Positions 50,660-61,866 of a stretch of 64,000 bases of DNA are shown piece by piece; the stretch's first letter is position 1, and each line of letters opens with the position of its first letter. Under the pieces are notes generated by a model that saw nothing but the letters and a program-made list of their open reading frames with translations, was not told where the DNA came from and did not search any database. This DNA comes from Paracoccaceae bacterium (lineage in GTDB: Bacteria; Pseudomonadota; Alphaproteobacteria; Rhodobacterales; Rhodobacteraceae). A program made the position numbers and the translations under genes. Location: assembly GCA_902602765.1 (NCBI GenBank), contig CACKSH010000007.1:30373-94372 (forward strand). Direction: 5' to 3'.

Positions 50660-51257
50660 TTTTAAATCCTTCGGCAAAACCAAAAAGAATACGAGCAGTG
50701 GCACCCCAAATATAGTATGGGCCATATGGTACTACATAATAGTATCTCAACTCTTCCTGCCATTTTCGTGCTTGGATACGGTAGTTTTCCAGGGTCAAAA
50801 AATGCTCTAAGGGTACGTAAAAAACTTCATCCACCTCATTTTTGTTAATCTTTAAATCTAGCTTATCTGGCAGTTGGAAAATAATAGGAGTCACCAGAAA
50901 TTTTGTAACAGTTTCATGTTTTGGTAGGATACCTAATTTCTTTGGAATTGATCGGTTCAGTCCGATTTCTTCTTCTGCCTCGCGCAAGGCTGTATTTACA
51001 AGTGTACCATCTTCAAGTTCAAATTTTCCTCCTGGAAATGCAATTTGACCAGGGTGGTTTTTTAAGTGTCCAGCCCTTTTAGTAAGTAAAACTGATGGCT
51101 GCGTGTTCTCGGAAAAACATATGCCAACTAGTACACCAGCTTTGTTGAGTTTTCTATCACTTGGTAAAATAAAATTGGGATTTAAATCAAAATCTGAAGA
51201 GTTGATACGTTCTTCATCCAAAACTTTATTTATTATATCAATCCAATTAGGTTCCAC
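50649..51257 (-). CDS. CoA pyrophosphatase (NudL-type NUDIX)
   Basis: LLTKRA.HL..HPGQIAFPGG, ALREAEEEIG, IWGATA. Confidence 0.92.
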   Translation of the reverse strand: MEPNWIDIINKVLDEERINSSDFDLNPNFILPSDRKLNKAGVLVGICFSENTQPSVLLTKRAGHLKNHPGQIAFPGGKFELEDGTLVNTALREAEEEIGLNRSIPKKLGILPKHETVTKFLVTPIIFQLPDKLDLKINKNEVDEVFYVPLEHFLTLENYRIQARKWQEELRYYYVVPYGPYYIWGATARILFGFAEGFKNAN

Positions 51258-52236
51258 TATTTATTGCCTCAAAACCTACTGATTTTGGGTCTAGTTCATA
51301 GTGTGCACCGCAAAATTGACAATCAGCTGTAACAAGTCCATCTGCGGTTATCATCTTTGAAATGTCCTTTGCTGAATATATTGAAAGTGACTGTCGTACT
51401 CTGTCTTCTGAGCAGCTACAGCCAAATCGAACTGATTGAGTATCGAAAATACGGGGCTGTTCTTCATGAAACAACCTTACAAGAAGCTCTGAGGGAGTCA
51501 CCGAAGGTCCAATCAGCTCAAGATCTTCAATTGTATCAAGGTGATAATTTATACGATTCCAGTTTTCGGCATTGTCTCCATTAAGAAGGTCTTGAGAACT
51601 TAATAGCCCACTGGGATCGGAACCATTTTCTTCTAAAGCTTGGAAATTAGACGTTGGTAGGTGCTGAACCATAATACCGCCAGCTCTCCAGGTTTCTTCC
51701 ACATTCGCTTGTTTTATTTTGTCAAATTTCAGATGAAAGACAGTTGGAAGTTGCTCTGACTGAGCAAAATATGTCTCAGCACTATCTGACAGAGACCTTC
51801 CATTCAAAGGTGATAATCCTTGATAAGGCTTTGTTCCTTCGCCTTGGTCAATCATTACTGCGAAATAACCCTTTCCAAGTTGATCAAATGGATCTTTATC
51901 AGTTAATTTTTCTCTATCAAAACTAGCATAAGCCCGAATTTGTGCAGTCTCTCCCGTTTCTTTGGGAGCGTAAAAATCAGTTGCTATCATACGAACTGGA
52001 CCGTTTGTTTGTACCTGCAGTGACAACTTCCACTGTAGTCTGATACTTCCTCCGATCAATGCCGTAAGTAGTGCCATCTCTGCGACTAGTGCTTCAACAG
52101 CTTTGGGGTACTGATGCTGTTTAAGGATACCTTGTAAAACCCCATCTAATCTTGCAATCCTGCCGCGCATATCTGCAGCGTCGAGTTGAAATGGTAAGAC
52201 TGTATCATCCCATGCTATTTTATTGCCTAATGACAT
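51247..52236 (-). CDS. hslO: Hsp33 redox-regulated chaperone
   Basis: YFAQSEQLPT, AGGIMVQ, CSC...CQFC zinc motif. Confidence 0.93.
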   Translation of the reverse strand: MSLGNKIAWDDTVLPFQLDAADMRGRIARLDGVLQGILKQHQYPKAVEALVAEMALLTALIGGSIRLQWKLSLQVQTNGPVRMIATDFYAPKETGETAQIRAYASFDREKLTDKDPFDQLGKGYFAVMIDQGEGTKPYQGLSPLNGRSLSDSAETYFAQSEQLPTVFHLKFDKIKQANVEETWRAGGIMVQHLPTSNFQALEENGSDPSGLLSSQDLLNGDNAENWNRINYHLDTIEDLELIGPSVTPSELLVRLFHEEQPRIFDTQSVRFGCSCSEDRVRQSLSIYSAKDISKMITADGLVTADCQFCGAHYELDPKSVGFEAINSGT

Positions 52237-52316
52237 TTTTTATCCTTGAATTTTCACTTCATGCTTATACGCTCGCACTAAGTAGGACAAGTTTCAAAAT
52301 GTGAAGTGCTTTAACT

Positions 52317-52763
52317 ATGATAAAAACTTACGCTACAGAAATTGAGGGGGGTAAAAAATATTTTTATCGTCCAGGTGTGTATGTAATTTTACCTTTTGGA
52401 AACCAAGTTTTACTTACTTTCCAGGCGGATCCCCATAATGAGTTTCAACTACCAGGTGGGGGGGTTGATGCTGGAGAGCAACCAATAACAGCTCTTTACA
52501 GAGAGGTGATTGAAGAAACGGGATGGGTTATTGGGCGACCTCGAAAGATTGGAGCATTCAGGCGTTTCGTGTATATGCCGGAATACAAAATGCGGGCTGA
52601 AAAACTTTGCCACATTTATTTAGCCAAACCTATTTTTAAAAAGTGTGAGCCAACAGAGCCTGACCATACGGCAATTTTTGTAGATATCGATGTTGCTTAT
52701 CAGATCTTAGCAGTGGATGGCGATGCATATTTTTTAAAAAAAGTTGCAGCAGGTCAGTACTGA
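52317..52763 (+). CDS. NUDIX hydrolase
   Basis: LPGGGVDAGE......REVIEETG Nudix box. Confidence 0.9.
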   Translation: MIKTYATEIEGGKKYFYRPGVYVILPFGNQVLLTFQADPHNEFQLPGGGVDAGEQPITALYREVIEETGWVIGRPRKIGAFRRFVYMPEYKMRAEKLCHIYLAKPIFKKCEPTEPDHTAIFVDIDVAYQILAVDGDAYFLKKVAAGQY

Positions 52764-52846
52764 GACAATGGCAAAAACTTGCCTTACGTTGAGTTCTATT
52801 CAACAAAAAACTTACAAATTGCTCCCAGAAATTTGAAGAAACTTAA

Positions 52847-54070
52847 TTATACAAACTGCGAAAGTGTCTCGTCATTCGTGATGTCTGAATATGTAAAGCC
52901 TGCATCTTTCAGTCGGTTGAAGAAATCATTGAAACTATCTGGAGACTTCGTTTCAATACCAATCAAAATGGAGCCAAAATTTCTCGCTGACTTTTTGAGA
53001 TATTCAAAGCGTGTAATGTCATCCTCTGGGCCGAGAAAATTTAAAAATTCCTTTAGCGCACCGGGTCTCTGTGGCATTCGTAAAATAAGATATTTTTTTA
53101 AACCTGCAAATCTTTGTGCTCTTTCTTTTACTTCTGGTAATCTTTCGAAATCAAAGTTGCCGCCTGAGGTTACACATACAACTCGACGTCCCTTAATTGA
53201 CTGACCCAAGTCTTGCAATGCATCAACTGCTAAAGCACCGGCAGGTTCAAGTACTATTCCCTCAACGTTTAACATTTCTAACATTGAGATACATATTCTA
53301 TCCTCTGGAATGGTAATAACATTTGCTAACCCTACATCTTTTAATCGGCTAAACGTTTTTTCACCAATTTTGCCCACAGCAGCACCGTCGGCAAATGTAT
53401 TCACAGTATCAAGCTTAGTGGGCTTTCCATTAATTAGTGCTTCACGAAGGCATGCACCGCCTAGAGGCTCAACCAAGGTATATGTGCAATGACTCCCAAA
53501 ATAACTGGTTACTCCAGCTGATAGCCCACCCCCACCAACTGGTAGGATAATATGGTCTGGATTGCCGCCAAGTTGCTTTTTTATTTCTACCCCAACAGAG
53601 GCCTGTCCAATTATAATATCTTCGTCATCAAATGGTGACAGAAAATGGAGACTTTCTTTTTTACGAAATGTTTGTGCCGCGTGCAAACAGTCATCGAAGT
53701 AATCCCCAGTTAGTCTGATTTCAACAAATTCACCGCCAAAAATCTGAGTTTTTTGTATTTTTTGCTGTGGAGTTGTGACGGGCATGAAAATTATGCCATT
53801 AACTTTCAACTGTCGGCACATAAAGGCAACACCTTGAGCATGATTGCCAGCACTTGCACAAACAAAAGCCTTTTTGTCAGAAAATTTACGCATGGCGTTA
53901 AATGCTCCGCGTAATTTATAAGATCTCACAGGACTCAGATCTTCGCGCTTCAACCATATATCAGCGCCGTAGATTGCAGATAAGTGTTCATTTCGTTGTA
54001 AAGGAGTTGGAGAAAAAACTTCCCGTATTGCCTTTTCGGCTTGGTCAGCTGATTTTGTAAAATTTGTCAT
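52847..54070 (-). CDS. ilvA: Threonine ammonia-lyase, biosynthetic short form
   Basis: SYKLRGA PLP Lys, SAGNHAQG, VGGGGL, single C-terminal regulatory domain PQRPGAL. Confidence 0.95.
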   Translation of the reverse strand: MTNFTKSADQAEKAIREVFSPTPLQRNEHLSAIYGADIWLKREDLSPVRSYKLRGAFNAMRKFSDKKAFVCASAGNHAQGVAFMCRQLKVNGIIFMPVTTPQQKIQKTQIFGGEFVEIRLTGDYFDDCLHAAQTFRKKESLHFLSPFDDEDIIIGQASVGVEIKKQLGGNPDHIILPVGGGGLSAGVTSYFGSHCTYTLVEPLGGACLREALINGKPTKLDTVNTFADGAAVGKIGEKTFSRLKDVGLANVITIPEDRICISMLEMLNVEGIVLEPAGALAVDALQDLGQSIKGRRVVCVTSGGNFDFERLPEVKERAQRFAGLKKYLILRMPQRPGALKEFLNFLGPEDDITRFEYLKKSARNFGSILIGIETKSPDSFNDFFNRLKDAGFTYSDITNDETLSQFV

Positions 54071-54221
54071 AATTAAGCAATGGCTTAGCAGTCTTAGCAT
54101 TGCAAGTATTTTTAAGGATACTTCAAAGATTATCAATTCTAGGTTTTATGTCTTCAGTTAATGCTGATCTTGCCCACAGATTGAAAAAAGGGTAGGCCAA
54201 TCGTAGCGAAAGGGGAATCTA

Positions 54222-55463
54222 ATGCATAAGCCGAAAAAAGTAGTTTTGGCCTATTCGGGCGGGCTAGATACATCAATTATTCTTAAATGGCTTCAAACTG
54301 AATACGCATGCGAAGTAGTTACCTTTACAGCAGATTTAGGGCAGGGTGAGGAACTTAATCCTGCGCGTGAAAAAGCGGAATTGCTGGGGATCAAACCCAC
54401 AAATATTTATATTGAGGACCTAAGGGAAGAGTTTGTGAGTGATTTTGTTTTTCCCATGTTTAGGTGTAATGCCCTTTATGAGGGCCTTTATCTTTTGGGA
54501 ACTTCGATTGCGCGCCCTTTAATTTCAAAACGTCTTGTTGAAATAGCAGAAGAAACTGGTGCTGATGCAATTGCGCACGGTGCAACTGGCAAAGGGAATG
54601 ATCAGGTTCGTTTTGAGCTGTCAGCGTATGCCCTAAACCCAACCATACACGTTATAGCACCTTGGCGCGAGTGGAGCTTAACCAGTAGATCGAGATTAAT
54701 AAAATTTGCTGAAGAAAATCAGATACCCATTGCAAAAGACAAGCGTGGTGAGGCTCCATTTTCTGTCGATGCTAATTTACTTCATACTTCATCGGAAGGG
54801 AAAGTATTGGAAGACCCATCAGTAGCTGCCCCAGAGTATGTCTATCAACGAACTATAAATCCAGAACATGCTCCAGAAGCTCCTGAGTTTATCGAAATTG
54901 AATTCTTGAACGGTGACGCAGTCGCAATTAATGGTCGTCAAATGTCTCCGGCTAAAATTTTAACTAAATTAAATGAACGAGGAGGAGCTCATGGTGTTGG
55001 GCGACTTGACCTTGTTGAAGGAAGATTTATTGGAATGAAGTCTAGAGGGATTTATGAAACCCCCGGCGGAACAATATTGTTGGAAGCACATCGGGGCATA
55101 GAGCAAATTACTTTAGATCGCGGTGCTGCACATTTGAAAGATGAGTTGATGCCCAAGTATGCAGAACTTATTTATAATGGCTTTTGGTACAGTCCAGAAA
55201 GGGAAATGCTGCAATCATTAATTGATAAGTCGCAGAAATACGTTTCTGGCACTGTAAGGCTTAAGTTATATAAAGGGTCCGTAAATACTGTTGGTAGGTG
55301 GTCGGAGTACAGCTTGTATTCTGAAAAACATGTGACCTTTGAAGATGATGCAGGTGCTTACGATCAAAATGATGCGGCTGGTTTTATCCAGTTGAACGCA
55401 TTACGCCTCAAGTTATTGGCCCATCAGAAACTCAAAAATACTAAGGGGCCTAAGCTCAGCTGA
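54222..55463 (+). CDS. argG: Argininosuccinate synthase
   Basis: [33 protein letters not shown]. Confidence 0.98.
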   Translation: MHKPKKVVLAYSGGLDTSIILKWLQTEYACEVVTFTADLGQGEELNPAREKAELLGIKPTNIYIEDLREEFVSDFVFPMFRCNALYEGLYLLGTSIARPLISKRLVEIAEETGADAIAHGATGKGNDQVRFELSAYALNPTIHVIAPWREWSLTSRSRLIKFAEENQIPIAKDKRGEAPFSVDANLLHTSSEGKVLEDPSVAAPEYVYQRTINPEHAPEAPEFIEIEFLNGDAVAINGRQMSPAKILTKLNERGGAHGVGRLDLVEGRFIGMKSRGIYETPGGTILLEAHRGIEQITLDRGAAHLKDELMPKYAELIYNGFWYSPEREMLQSLIDKSQKYVSGTVRLKLYKGSVNTVGRWSEYSLYSEKHVTFEDDAGAYDQNDAAGFIQLNALRLKLLAHQKLKNTKGPKLS

Positions 55464-55482
55464 AGGATAAGTAAGGTTAAAC

Positions 55483-56658
55483 CTAAATTCCAGCTTCCAT
55501 AGTGATTTCTTTTTTTGATTTTTGCTGTCGTTCTGTCTCAGACTTTAATTGCCCACAAGCAGCCATAATATCCTCTCCTCTTGGAGTTCTTACCGGACTT
55601 GCATAACCTGCACGGTGAATTATGTCGGCAAATTTCTTTATTTGGGGCCATTCACTTCTTCTATATGGTGAACCCGGCCATTCATTGAATGGAATTAAAT
55701 TTATTTTAGCGGGAATACCAGCGATTAGTTTGACTAAGCGATAGGCATCTAGTTCGCTATCGTTGACGTCCTTGATCATAACATACTCAAATGTGATGCG
55801 TTCGGAGTTAGACAATCTTGGGTAACCCTTAAGTGCCTTAATTAGAGTTTCAATATTCCATTTCTTATTAATGGGTACTAACTTGTCTCTAATTTCGTCA
55901 GTTGTGCCATGAAAAGAAACTGCTAAAAGACATCCAATTTCGTCGGCTGTCCTCGATATCTCCGGGACGACCCCCGAGGTAGACAGTGTGATCCTTTTTC
56001 TTGATAAACATATACCTTCAGGGTCCATGACAATTTTGAGTGCGTCTCTCACATTTTCAAAATTATATAGTGGTTCGCCCATTCCCATGAGGACGACATT
56101 CGATAGTAATCTGGTTTCATTATTTGCACCGTTTAAATTTTTCCATTCGCCTAAGTCATCGCGTGCAATTAATACTTGGCCCACTATCTCTCCGGGAGTA
56201 AGGTTTCTCACCAATTTTTGTGTGCCAGTGTGACAAAATGAACAAGTGAGCGTACATCCGACCTGTGAACTTACGCAAAGAGTTCCACGACCTTCTTCAG
56301 GGATATATACAGCCTCAACCTCATGCCCCCCAGCCAGTTGGAGCAGGTATTTACGTGTTCCATCTTTTGAACATTGTTTTGAGATCACTTTAGGGACATC
56401 AAGTATGAACTTTTCGCTTAGTAGTTCTCGATAATTTTTTGACAGGTTTGACATGTGGGAAAAATTTCTTTCTCCTTTTTGATAAATCCATTGCCAAAGT
56501 TGAGCTGCTCTCATTTTGACTTGCTTTTCAGGGGTGCCAATTTCTAAAAGCTTTTCAAGCATAACTGCTCTACTCATGCCTATTAAATTGACTGGTCCAG
56601 ACGGTAAAGTCCGTGGTATAGTCAAGAGATCATGTGTAATCGGTGCTGATGGTTTCAT
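55483..56658 (-). CDS. rlmN: Dual-specificity rRNA/tRNA methyltransferase RlmN (radical SAM)
   Basis: [27 protein letters not shown]. Confidence 0.97.
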   Translation of the reverse strand: MKPSAPITHDLLTIPRTLPSGPVNLIGMSRAVMLEKLLEIGTPEKQVKMRAAQLWQWIYQKGERNFSHMSNLSKNYRELLSEKFILDVPKVISKQCSKDGTRKYLLQLAGGHEVEAVYIPEEGRGTLCVSSQVGCTLTCSFCHTGTQKLVRNLTPGEIVGQVLIARDDLGEWKNLNGANNETRLLSNVVLMGMGEPLYNFENVRDALKIVMDPEGICLSRKRITLSTSGVVPEISRTADEIGCLLAVSFHGTTDEIRDKLVPINKKWNIETLIKALKGYPRLSNSERITFEYVMIKDVNDSELDAYRLVKLIAGIPAKINLIPFNEWPGSPYRRSEWPQIKKFADIIHRAGYASPVRTPRGEDIMAACGQLKSETERQQKSKKEITMEAGI

Positions 56659-56733
56659 TAGTAAATGCTATTCAAATTTTGAAAGAAGTTTTCTATACTT
56701 ATTTAACGTTATAGCCGTCAATGATACTTTTTT

Positions 56734-57264
56734 TTACTTGCAACGCTTCGATGCATCTTCAACAGCGGCTGTAAAACCCTTCAATGAAAAAGTATCCTCA
56801 GTTTTCGTACCTCTCGAGGATCTGCCGGTAAGTGTCGCTTTCGCTCCACGTTTCATGGCCTGAATCATTTTTTTATCGACCTCATCTGTCGGTGCCCAAG
56901 CCCATTCTCCATTTGTAAACATTTGGTATCTAGTACCATCTATATTTACATCCACATTGCTTCCATCATCGAAGGGGTATCCACCAGTAAATGATATTTG
57001 TCCTTTTATGCCGGACCCGGGAATATATGATACAAACAACAAAATATCGCTACGCTTAACCGAGACCATTCGTCCATCACGCGTATTGACTGTCTCAATC
57101 GGTTGGGACGCCGCCCAGCATTCTTTGGGGCTTTCTTCGACGAACACTACCCAATCGGCCTGTGTAGATGCTACATTAGTACTTGAATCTTGAGCAATAA
57201 GAGCGCCTCCGCCAAAAAGTAAAATAAATAATATTAACAAATTTTTGGATACTTGTTTTATCAT
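56734..57264 (-). CDS. Invasion-associated locus B (IalB) family exported protein
   Basis: Signal peptide, DW.V...C, AMKRG, FSLKGFTAA...C; GAGG RBS; typical upstream neighbour of rlmN. Confidence 0.85.
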   Translation of the reverse strand: MIKQVSKNLLILFILLFGGGALIAQDSSTNVASTQADWVVFVEESPKECWAASQPIETVNTRDGRMVSVKRSDILLFVSYIPGSGIKGQISFTGGYPFDDGSNVDVNIDGTRYQMFTNGEWAWAPTDEVDKKMIQAMKRGAKATLTGRSSRGTKTEDTFSLKGFTAAVEDASKRCK

Positions 57265-57414
57265 ATTTCCTCGCGTCATTCAGTTCTTGTATAATTATAC
57301 CTAGATAGCATATTAAGAACAGGTTATTTTGTTCTTAATTTACATCTATTATTTTAAACTGAAGCCTATTTAATTTAAAGCCCCGATAATAACAATTCGA
57401 ATAGGACGAATTTT

Positions 57415-58407
57415 ATGATTAATTCTGCAGTAGAACTTTGTGAAGTGTGGAGAGGTTCTTTACGGGAAAGTTTGCATATTGGGCATGCGGTCGTGTGTGA
57501 TAGTAGTGGGGGGATAGTAAAGTCTTGGGGTGATCCGGAACAGATTTTTTATTCAAGATCATCATCCAAAATGATTCAAGCGCTACCATTGGTGGCTTCT
57601 GGAGCAGCTGATAGCTTTGGCTTGTCATCACAACATCTTGCCTTGGCTTGTGCATCTCATAATGCTGCTAGTATTCATACTGTTCTCGTGGAAAAATGGT
57701 TAAGTGAGCTCGGATTATCAGACTCTGACCTTTGTTGTGGACCGCAAGTGCCGCGTGATCGAGATGCAAAAATAAATTTATTTAGGGCTGATCAAAGTCC
57801 TTGTCGAATTCATAATAATTGTTCTGGAAAGCATTCTGGGTTCTTAACATTGACACAGTACCTAGGTGCTGACCCTAACTATGTAAGTATTGATCATCCA
57901 GTTCAAAAAGCTTGCTTGGATTTTTACGAAATGACCACAAATGAAGTGAGTATTGGTTACGGAATAGACGGATGTTCTGCGCCAAATCACGCATTCAGTT
58001 TGAAAGGTATTGCTAATGCCATGGCTTGGTTTTCAGATGCTAAAAGTAGATCAGATATCTCCTCTAAAAGTGCCGTTAGAATAATAGATGCAATGTTGAA
58101 GCATCCTGCGTTAGTGGCTGGTGAAGGTCGTGCGTGTACAGACTTAATGAGAGCAGCGCAGGGAAAAGTAGCTTTAAAAACGGGAGCGGAAGGGTTTTTC
58201 GTGGCAATAATTCCAGAAAAAAAAATGGGTGTTGCTTTGAAAGTTTTAGATGGTGCGACTAGAGCTAGCGAGTGTGTAATAGCATCAATTTTAGTAGGGC
58301 TAGGTGTTTTAAATCCTGCTAATCCAATTGTAGCGAAGTACTTGAACCCTTCGGTCTTAAATTGGGATGGAGTAAAAACTGGTTTTATAAAACCATTAAT
58401 ACAGTAA
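57415..58407 (+). CDS. Class 3 (Rhizobium-type) L-asparaginase II
   Basis: RSSSK, ACASH, NNCSGKH, DGC, KTGAEG signature motifs. Confidence 0.88.
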   Translation: MINSAVELCEVWRGSLRESLHIGHAVVCDSSGGIVKSWGDPEQIFYSRSSSKMIQALPLVASGAADSFGLSSQHLALACASHNAASIHTVLVEKWLSELGLSDSDLCCGPQVPRDRDAKINLFRADQSPCRIHNNCSGKHSGFLTLTQYLGADPNYVSIDHPVQKACLDFYEMTTNEVSIGYGIDGCSAPNHAFSLKGIANAMAWFSDAKSRSDISSKSAVRIIDAMLKHPALVAGEGRACTDLMRAAQGKVALKTGAEGFFVAIIPEKKMGVALKVLDGATRASECVIASILVGLGVLNPANPIVAKYLNPSVLNWDGVKTGFIKPLIQ

Positions 58408-58409
58408 AA

Positions 58410-58952
58410 ATGATCGTAAAGTTTAACAAACCATTTAATGTATTGTCTCAATTTAGTGATAATTCAGAAATTGCGACTGAAAGAGGTAATTTGTCTGACT
58501 TCATTTCTATTCCAAATATTTACCCAGTTGGAAGGCTTGATAAAGACAGCGAGGGCTTGATGTTACTATCGGACGAGGGGAAGTTGCAGTATAAACTCTC
58601 AAACCCGACAAATAAAATCAAAAAAACGTATAATGTGCAAGTTGAAGGTGAGCCTAAACAATCAGATTTGAGTCTTCTCCGAGTAGGTATAGAGTTAAAA
58701 GATGGTCTTACGCGTCCAGCAGAGGTTAAGATAATTGAAGCGCCGTGTCTCTGGGATAGAGACCCACCAATTCGAGTACGAAAAACAGTTCCCGATTCCT
58801 GGTTGGAAGTTATCATTTATGAGGGAAGGAACAGACAAATTAGACGAATGACTGCTGCCGTTGGGCACCCTACTTTGCGGCTAATTCGTATTAAAATAGG
58901 AAGCTATAGCCTAGATAATTTGATGCCAGGAGATTTTGAAACGATAGCATAG
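58410..58952 (+). CDS. RsuA-family pseudouridine synthase (RluE-like, no S4 domain)
   Basis: FNKPFNVLSQF, GRLDKDSEG catalytic Asp, EGRNRQIRRM. Confidence 0.88.
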   Translation: MIVKFNKPFNVLSQFSDNSEIATERGNLSDFISIPNIYPVGRLDKDSEGLMLLSDEGKLQYKLSNPTNKIKKTYNVQVEGEPKQSDLSLLRVGIELKDGLTRPAEVKIIEAPCLWDRDPPIRVRKTVPDSWLEVIIYEGRNRQIRRMTAAVGHPTLRLIRIKIGSYSLDNLMPGDFETIA

Positions 58953-58959
58953 CTTTAAA

Positions 58960-60312
58960 TTAAATAGCAGCTAAACCCTCATCCAATGCACCCAGAATTT
59001 GACTTACTTCTTCCTCAGATATCGTTAGTGGTGGGGACATTAAAATATTGTTCAGTCCTAGTCTGACCATAGCACCGAACTCATAGGTTTTCTGATGAAT
59101 CTTTTTCATATGATCGTTGTCTAAAGGTGTTTTTTTTGTCCGATCAGAAACAAGCTCAATCGCAAGCATTAAGCCATGCCCGCCTCGCACGTCTCCAACG
59201 ATATTGTGTTTCTTAGCTAAATCTTTGACACCATTATATAATTGTGTCCCCCGCACCTGTGCATTGATTTTGGTATCCAGACGTTCAGTTTCAGATATGC
59301 ATGCTACCACGGCTGCTGCTCCTACGGGGTGAGCAGAGTATGTATAGCCATGAAAAATTGCAGCATCACCAGTTTTGTCATTTTCAAATATTTCGGCAAC
59401 TTTGTCCGACATCAAAGCTGCTCCAACTGGATAATATCCAGAGGTAATACCTTTAGCAATGCTCATCATGTCGGGTTTAACGCCCCAATGGCGTGCTCCC
59501 GACCAGTCGCCAGTACGCCCAAATCCGGTTATAACTTCGTCAGATATTAAGAGGATTCCATTTTTATCACATATTTCCCGCATAAGGGTCATAAAGATTG
59601 GGTCTGGAATTATTACGCCTCCTGCGCCTTGTATGGGCTCCATTATAAAAGCGGCAATACTATTTGCACCTTGAAACGCTATTTCATCTTCGAATGCAGC
59701 AGCAATATGATGGGCTAGTTTTGAGGAGTTAGTTTCATTAAAAGGATTTCTATACGTGTATGGGCTTGGAAGATGAAAACAGCCTGGCAGTAATGGCTCA
59801 TAGTTTATCCGAAACCGATTATTTCCATTTACTGATGCACCGCCGAAATGAGTTCCATGATAACCTTTTTTTAACGAAATAAATTTTGTGCGAGTTGGCT
59901 CACCTCTTATTCGGTGATATTGACGAGCTAGCCTGAGACATGTGTCAACCGAGTCAGACCCGCCTGATGTAAAAAATACGCGGCTCATTCCGTCTTCGGA
60001 AAATAAATTTCGCACCATATATGATGCTTCAATTGCCATAGGATTGGTAGTACCTGCAAAAGATGAGTAGTATGGAAGGTCGTAAAGTTGCTTTGTTATT
60101 GCTTCTTTAATCCTATCATTAGAATATCCTAGATTTACACACCAAAGCCCACCTACAGCATCTACGGTTTGATGACCGTCAATATCTGTTATTTTTGCCC
60201 CTTCGGCTTGAGTAATTATTCTCGGGGGTGCTTCTAATGAGTCTTTTGGATGACCCATTGGATGCCAAAGGTGTTTTGCATTATTCGCTTTGAGAAAATT
60301 ATCATCTTTCAT
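58960..60312 (-). CDS. Class III PLP-dependent aminotransferase (omega-amine type)
   Basis: GLWCVNLG, SGGS, YHG, EPIQGAGG, DEVITGFGRTG, AKGITSGY. Confidence 0.9.
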   Translation of the reverse strand: MKDDNFLKANNAKHLWHPMGHPKDSLEAPPRIITQAEGAKITDIDGHQTVDAVGGLWCVNLGYSNDRIKEAITKQLYDLPYYSSFAGTTNPMAIEASYMVRNLFSEDGMSRVFFTSGGSDSVDTCLRLARQYHRIRGEPTRTKFISLKKGYHGTHFGGASVNGNNRFRINYEPLLPGCFHLPSPYTYRNPFNETNSSKLAHHIAAAFEDEIAFQGANSIAAFIMEPIQGAGGVIIPDPIFMTLMREICDKNGILLISDEVITGFGRTGDWSGARHWGVKPDMMSIAKGITSGYYPVGAALMSDKVAEIFENDKTGDAAIFHGYTYSAHPVGAAAVVACISETERLDTKINAQVRGTQLYNGVKDLAKKHNIVGDVRGGHGLMLAIELVSDRTKKTPLDNDHMKKIHQKTYEFGAMVRLGLNNILMSPPLTISEEEVSQILGALDEGLAAI

Positions 60313-60432
60313 CTTTTCCGCCCACCTGTAAATTTAATACAAAGTCATTGTTAGTCTGTCTTTTCACATTGTCTATAGTTTCAGCAAAACTACTGGACAA
60401 TTTTACTTAGTTATGTGTAACCATCGAGTGCT

Positions 60433-60909
60433 ATGAACAAAAATAAAACCGATCCAAATTATAAAATTATAGCTGAAAATCGACGCGCTCGTTACGATTA
60501 CTTGATTGAGGATGAGATCGAATGTGGCCTCTCCTTGGTTGGTTCAGAAGTAAAATCACTTAGACAAAAATCTGCAAATCTTGGGGAGTGTTATGCAGAG
60601 GTTGAAAATGGTGAACTATGGTTAATTAACTCATATATTGCACCCTACGATCAGGCAAAAACCTGGGGTCATGAGGAGAGACGTCGAAGAAAACTTTTGG
60701 TAACGAAGCGCGAACTTGGGAAGCTGTGGTCAGAAACTCAAAGAAAAGGAATGACTTTGGTCCCTCTAGTTTTGTATTTCAATCATAGAGGCATCGCAAA
60801 ATTAAAAATAGGTGTGGCTAAAGGTAAAAAAAATTATGATAAGAGATCAGATCAGGCAAAACGTGACTGGGGAAGACAAAAACAACGTTTAATGAGGCAG
60901 GGAGACTAA
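60433..60909 (+). CDS. smpB: SsrA-binding protein
   Basis: [31 protein letters not shown]. Confidence 0.97.
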   Translation: MNKNKTDPNYKIIAENRRARYDYLIEDEIECGLSLVGSEVKSLRQKSANLGECYAEVENGELWLINSYIAPYDQAKTWGHEERRRRKLLVTKRELGKLWSETQRKGMTLVPLVLYFNHRGIAKLKIGVAKGKKNYDKRSDQAKRDWGRQKQRLMRQGD

Positions 60910-61005
60910 TGAGAAGTCTTGTCCAATTGTAAGATTTCAAATAATAATCTCTGGAGCGTTTAATTGGCTTACCTAGAAATCTTTTGAAGCTTGTGGAATT
61001 ATACG

Positions 61006-61866
61006 ATGATAACTGAGCGTGCCGGGAGCCTTGTTTCGACTAGTTGGTTAGCTAAAAGACTAGACAGCTCTCAGATACGAGTCCTTGACGCGTCATGGTA
61101 TCTCCCGAATATGTACAGAAACCCAATTGCGGAGTATGAAAAAAAGCATATCCCTGACGCTCGATTTTTTGATATTGACGATATTTCAGATCACAGGTCT
61201 GACCTTCCACACATGGTTCCACCGGTAGAAAAATTTATGTCCAAAGTACGTAAATTGGGCGTTGGAGATGGTCATCAAGTGATTATCTATGACGGTTTAG
61301 GTATGTTTTCTGCTGCTAGAGTTTGGTGGCTTTTCAAGATGATGGGGCATCAAGATGTCGCTGTTCTTGATGGTGGGTTGCCTAAGTGGATTTCTGATGG
61401 TTTTCCAGTAAATGATAAGCTACCTGTAATACGTGATCGCCACATGATGGTGGATCAGGTTCTTTCTTATTTAAAGGACGTAACCCAAGTAGCTGCGGCA
61501 TCAAAGCTGGGTGATTATGAGATTATTGATGCAAGGTCACCAGGTCGATTTAGAGGCGAAGAAAATGAGCCAAGAGAGGGACTACGAAAAGGGCATATTC
61601 CAAATTCAAAAAATGTATTTTTTAAATCGCTGTTGAACGATGATCAAACTTTTAAAAACAAATCTGAATTGAAACAAATGTTTGCCTCTGCTGGAGTTGA
61701 TATATCGAAGCCAGTAATTACAAGCTGCGGATCTGGGGTAACCGCTGCAGTTCTAAATCTTGGATTAGAACTTATAGGTAAAACGGACCACTCTCTGTAT
61801 GATGGAAGCTGGACAGAATGGGGAATGTCACCCACACTTCCTATATCGACTGGAGACCAAAAATGA
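61006..61866 (+). CDS. sseA: 3-mercaptopyruvate sulfurtransferase
   Basis: Two rhodanese domains, DASW, active loop CGSGVTA, YDGSWTEW. Confidence 0.93.
   Translation: MITERAGSLVSTSWLAKRLDSSQIRVLDASWYLPNMYRNPIAEYEKKHIPDARFFDIDDISDHRSDLPHMVPPVEKFMSKVRKLGVGDGHQVIIYDGLGMFSAARVWWLFKMMGHQDVAVLDGGLPKWISDGFPVNDKLPVIRDRHMMVDQVLSYLKDVTQVAAASKLGDYEIIDARSPGRFRGEENEPREGLRKGHIPNSKNVFFKSLLNDDQTFKNKSELKQMFASAGVDISKPVITSCGSGVTAAVLNLGLELIGKTDHSLYDGSWTEWGMSPTLPISTGDQK

Noticed and set aside
52769-52782. GGCAA-aaac-TTGCC hairpin between the NUDIX gene and ilvA
   Set aside because: Only a 5-bp stem with no convincing U tract; too weak to call a terminator
52779-53204. 141-aa plus-strand ORF overlapping the ilvA 3' end
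   Set aside because: Antisense shadow ORF with a TTG start and no features
57987-58451. 154-aa antisense ORF over the asparaginase, and the other 60-140 aa nested ORFs in the track
   Set aside because: All lie within or opposite confidently identified genes and show no independent coding signal
60910-61005. tmRNA (ssrA) next to smpB
   Set aside because: Spacer is under 100 bp, with no tRNA-like ends
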